This document shows positions 62,627-64,000 of a stretch of 64,000 nt of DNA, in pieces; the first letter of the stretch is position 1; the number at the start of each line of letters is the position of its first letter. Where the stretch lies: the NCBI GenBank assembly GCA_964384995.1, contig CAYLMJ010000001.1, positions 24,221 to 88,220 on the forward strand. Direction: 5' to 3'. The DNA is from an uncultured archaeon. GTDB lineage: Archaea > Thermoplasmatota > Poseidoniia > MGIII > CAYLMJ01. Below the pieces are notes generated by a model. It was given only the letters and a program-made list of their open reading frames with translations. It searched no databases and was not told the DNA's origin. The translations under genes were made by a program, and so were the position numbers.

Positions 62627-64000
62627 ATGGACGAGCGGGCGATAAAGCTGCTGAAGAAGCACTCGGAGGACCGGGACCTTACCCAAGAGAAGGATATCTC
62701 CGGCATCGACTGGTCGGGGGCGGACCTCAGCGGTTACAACCTTGCGGAGCTCACCCTCTCCAACATGGAGGGTCAGGCCAACTTCGATGGTTGCAAGCTC
62801 AACGGCGCCAACCTGTTCAACGCGGTGCTGGACTACGCCCAGATGAACAAGGCCGACCTGAGCGACTCGGACATGCGCGGGGTGAGCTGCGAGGGCACCT
62901 TCATGGAGAAGGCCGTGATGAACTACGCCCAGATGGAGAGCGCCAAGCTCAGCGCCTCCTTCCTCACCAACGCACGGATGGTGGGGGCCGACCTCTCCTA
63001 CGCCACCATCGACTGCTGCGACTTCAACCACATCGACCTGGAGTTCGCCAATCTGTCGGGGACGACCCTGGACAGCATCGAGGGCACCTACGCCAAGCTC
63101 ACCAATGCCTCGTTCCGGGCCGCCAAGCTCAGCACCATCATCCTCAACAAATGCCGCATGGGCCAGGTCGAGCTGGACGATGCCACCATGGAGAACTGCG
63201 AGTTCACCAAGTGCACCATGGACGGGGGGAGCCTGGAGGGGGCAACCCTCACCAACTGCACCTTCACCGACACCCACATCAACGATGGCAATCTGCAGAA
63301 CATGAAGGCCACCGATACCAACTTCTACCGTTCCCACCTGAAGACCGCCCTGCTCATCTCCAGCGAGTTCAAGGATTGCTCCTTCGAGCGTTCGGAACTG
63401 CAGGGAGCCTACATCAACGAGACCTCTCTGCTCGATTGCAATCTCGAAGGCACCAAACTGGAATCGGCCAACATGCAGGACGCCGACCTCACCGGTTGCA
63501 AGCTCTTCCAGGCTACCCACACCCTCTCCAACATCGAGTACGCCAAGCTGGATGACATCCATCGGTACGAGGATGAGGGCCGCTACTTCGAGGCCGAGGT
63601 GGTCTACCGCAACCTCAAGAAGACCCTGCGGTGGAACCATGTCCTCTTCGTCGCCAGCGACTTCTCCCACAAGGAGAGCGTCATGCAGCGCAAACAGCAT
63701 TACGCGAATAAGGAGATGGCGATGTGGTTCCTCTACCTCATCGCCGACGCCGTTTGCGGCTACGGTGAGAAGGTCCCCCAGATCTTCAAGTTCGGCTTCG
63801 TGGCCATCCTGGCCTTCTCCCTGATCTACAACGTCGGTGACGGCATCGCCGATTCGGACGAGGATCGGGACCGGGACGCCCAGTTCAAGGACCATCTCTA
63901 CTTCAGCCTGACCACCTTCTTCGGGGCCAACAATTACAGCGGCTTTACGCCTCGCTCCAAGATGTGGGAGATCCTCTCCGCCTCGGAGACGGTGATGGGG
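62627..64000 (+). CDS. Pentapeptide-repeat protein fused to a C-terminal two-TM pore-loop (ion-channel-like) domain; 3' end beyond the window
   Basis: Own translation, with no stop through 64000. About 60 A(D/N)LxX-type pentapeptides (GADLSGYNLAELTLSNMEGQANFDGCKLNGANLFNAVLDYAQMNKADLSD ...). Then WFLYLIADAVCGYG, FVAILAFSLIY, HLYFSLTTFFGANNYSGFTP. GGGAGG lies 9 nt upstream of ATG 62627. Confidence 0.85.
   Translation, partial: MDERAIKLLKKHSEDRDLTQEKDISGIDWSGADLSGYNLAELTLSNMEGQANFDGCKLNGANLFNAVLDYAQMNKADLSDSDMRGVSCEGTFMEKAVMNYAQMESAKLSASFLTNARMVGADLSYATIDCCDFNHIDLEFANLSGTTLDSIEGTYAKLTNASFRAAKLSTIILNKCRMGQVELDDATMENCEFTKCTMDGGSLEGATLTNCTFTDTHINDGNLQNMKATDTNFYRSHLKTALLISSEFKDCSFERSELQGAYINETSLLDCNLEGTKLESANMQDADLTGCKLFQATHTLSNIEYAKLDDIHRYEDEGRYFEAEVVYRNLKKTLRWNHVLFVASDFSHKESVMQRKQHYANKEMAMWFLYLIADAVCGYGEKVPQIFKFGFVAILAFSLIYNVGDGIADSDEDRDRDAQFKDHLYFSLTTFFGANNYSGFTPRSKMWEILSASETVMG

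Noticed and set aside
62591-63895. 434-aa minus-strand ORF, and the 319-aa plus-strand ORF 62596..63555
   Set aside because: These are antisense and off-frame shadows of the pentapeptide-repeat gene. The frame starting at ATG 62627 gives clean A(D/N)LxX repeats and has a GGGAGG SD.

Overview
High-GC archaeal chromosomal segment (60-nt hand counts give about 70% GC in typical genes), densely coding on both strands. All calls come from reading the sequence and ORF track and recognising motifs. No database search was run.

The archaeal assignment rests on these features:
- a PriS-type primase, a class I lysyl-tRNA synthetase and a TrmB-family regulator
- IorAB and a GfcR-like PRTase protein
- A/T-rich TATA-like boxes 25-60 nt upstream of several first-gene start codons, with GGAGG-type SD sequences before some genes, mostly internal operon genes

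Gene content, left to right:
1. A repeat mosaic and a tRNA 3'-end-like fragment next to a PriS-like primase.
2. Two ABC transporter pairs, then SOD, a YyaL-like thioredoxin-domain protein, Fhs and YbaN.
3. An SQR-like flavoprotein with TusE/DsrC and DsrE (sulfur-relay module).
4. A TrmB+V4R regulator divergent from a long O2/NO-stress and Fe-S block: Hcp, an FMN dehydrogenase-family protein, a flavodiiron protein, desulfoferrodoxin, ferritin, IorAB, rubredoxin, TusA, IscS and IscU. This gene set suggests an anaerobe or microaerophile.
5. Several large N-glycosylation-sequon-rich surface proteins.
6. Housekeeping genes: UvrC, a cyclophilin, a RibD_C reductase, PurN, an M32 carboxypeptidase, a GfcR-like protein, LysK and RpiA.
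7. tRNA-Gln(TTG), a SAM methyltransferase, and a pentapeptide-repeat/channel fusion truncated by the window end.

Observations most worth a second look:
- A family of phased, unit-by-unit drifting short tandem repeats (period mostly 11 bp, also 9, 12, 16 and 22) fills many intergenic regions. The tracts share vocabulary, and in one case a collinear 55-bp trajectory. They tend to flank low-GC surface-protein genes and the tRNA.
- A giant single-pass membrane protein (about 2,100 aa) has a degenerate purple-acid-phosphatase domain outside the cell. Its cytoplasmic region of about 400 aa is Roadblock/LC7-like followed by a beta-sandwich plus alpha/beta module. That second module recurs in an 816-aa membrane protein encoded next to a HEAT-repeat protein.
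- Two unrelated surface proteins share the same tail: TM helix, Pro/Ala linker, cytoplasmic zinc ribbon.
- There are sharp GC discontinuities inside single surface-protein ORFs.
- The IscS lacks the PLP-binding lysine.
- Two conserved enzymes have conserved N-termini that lie upstream of any canonical start codon.

No CRISPR array, rRNA, integrase or transposase was recognised.
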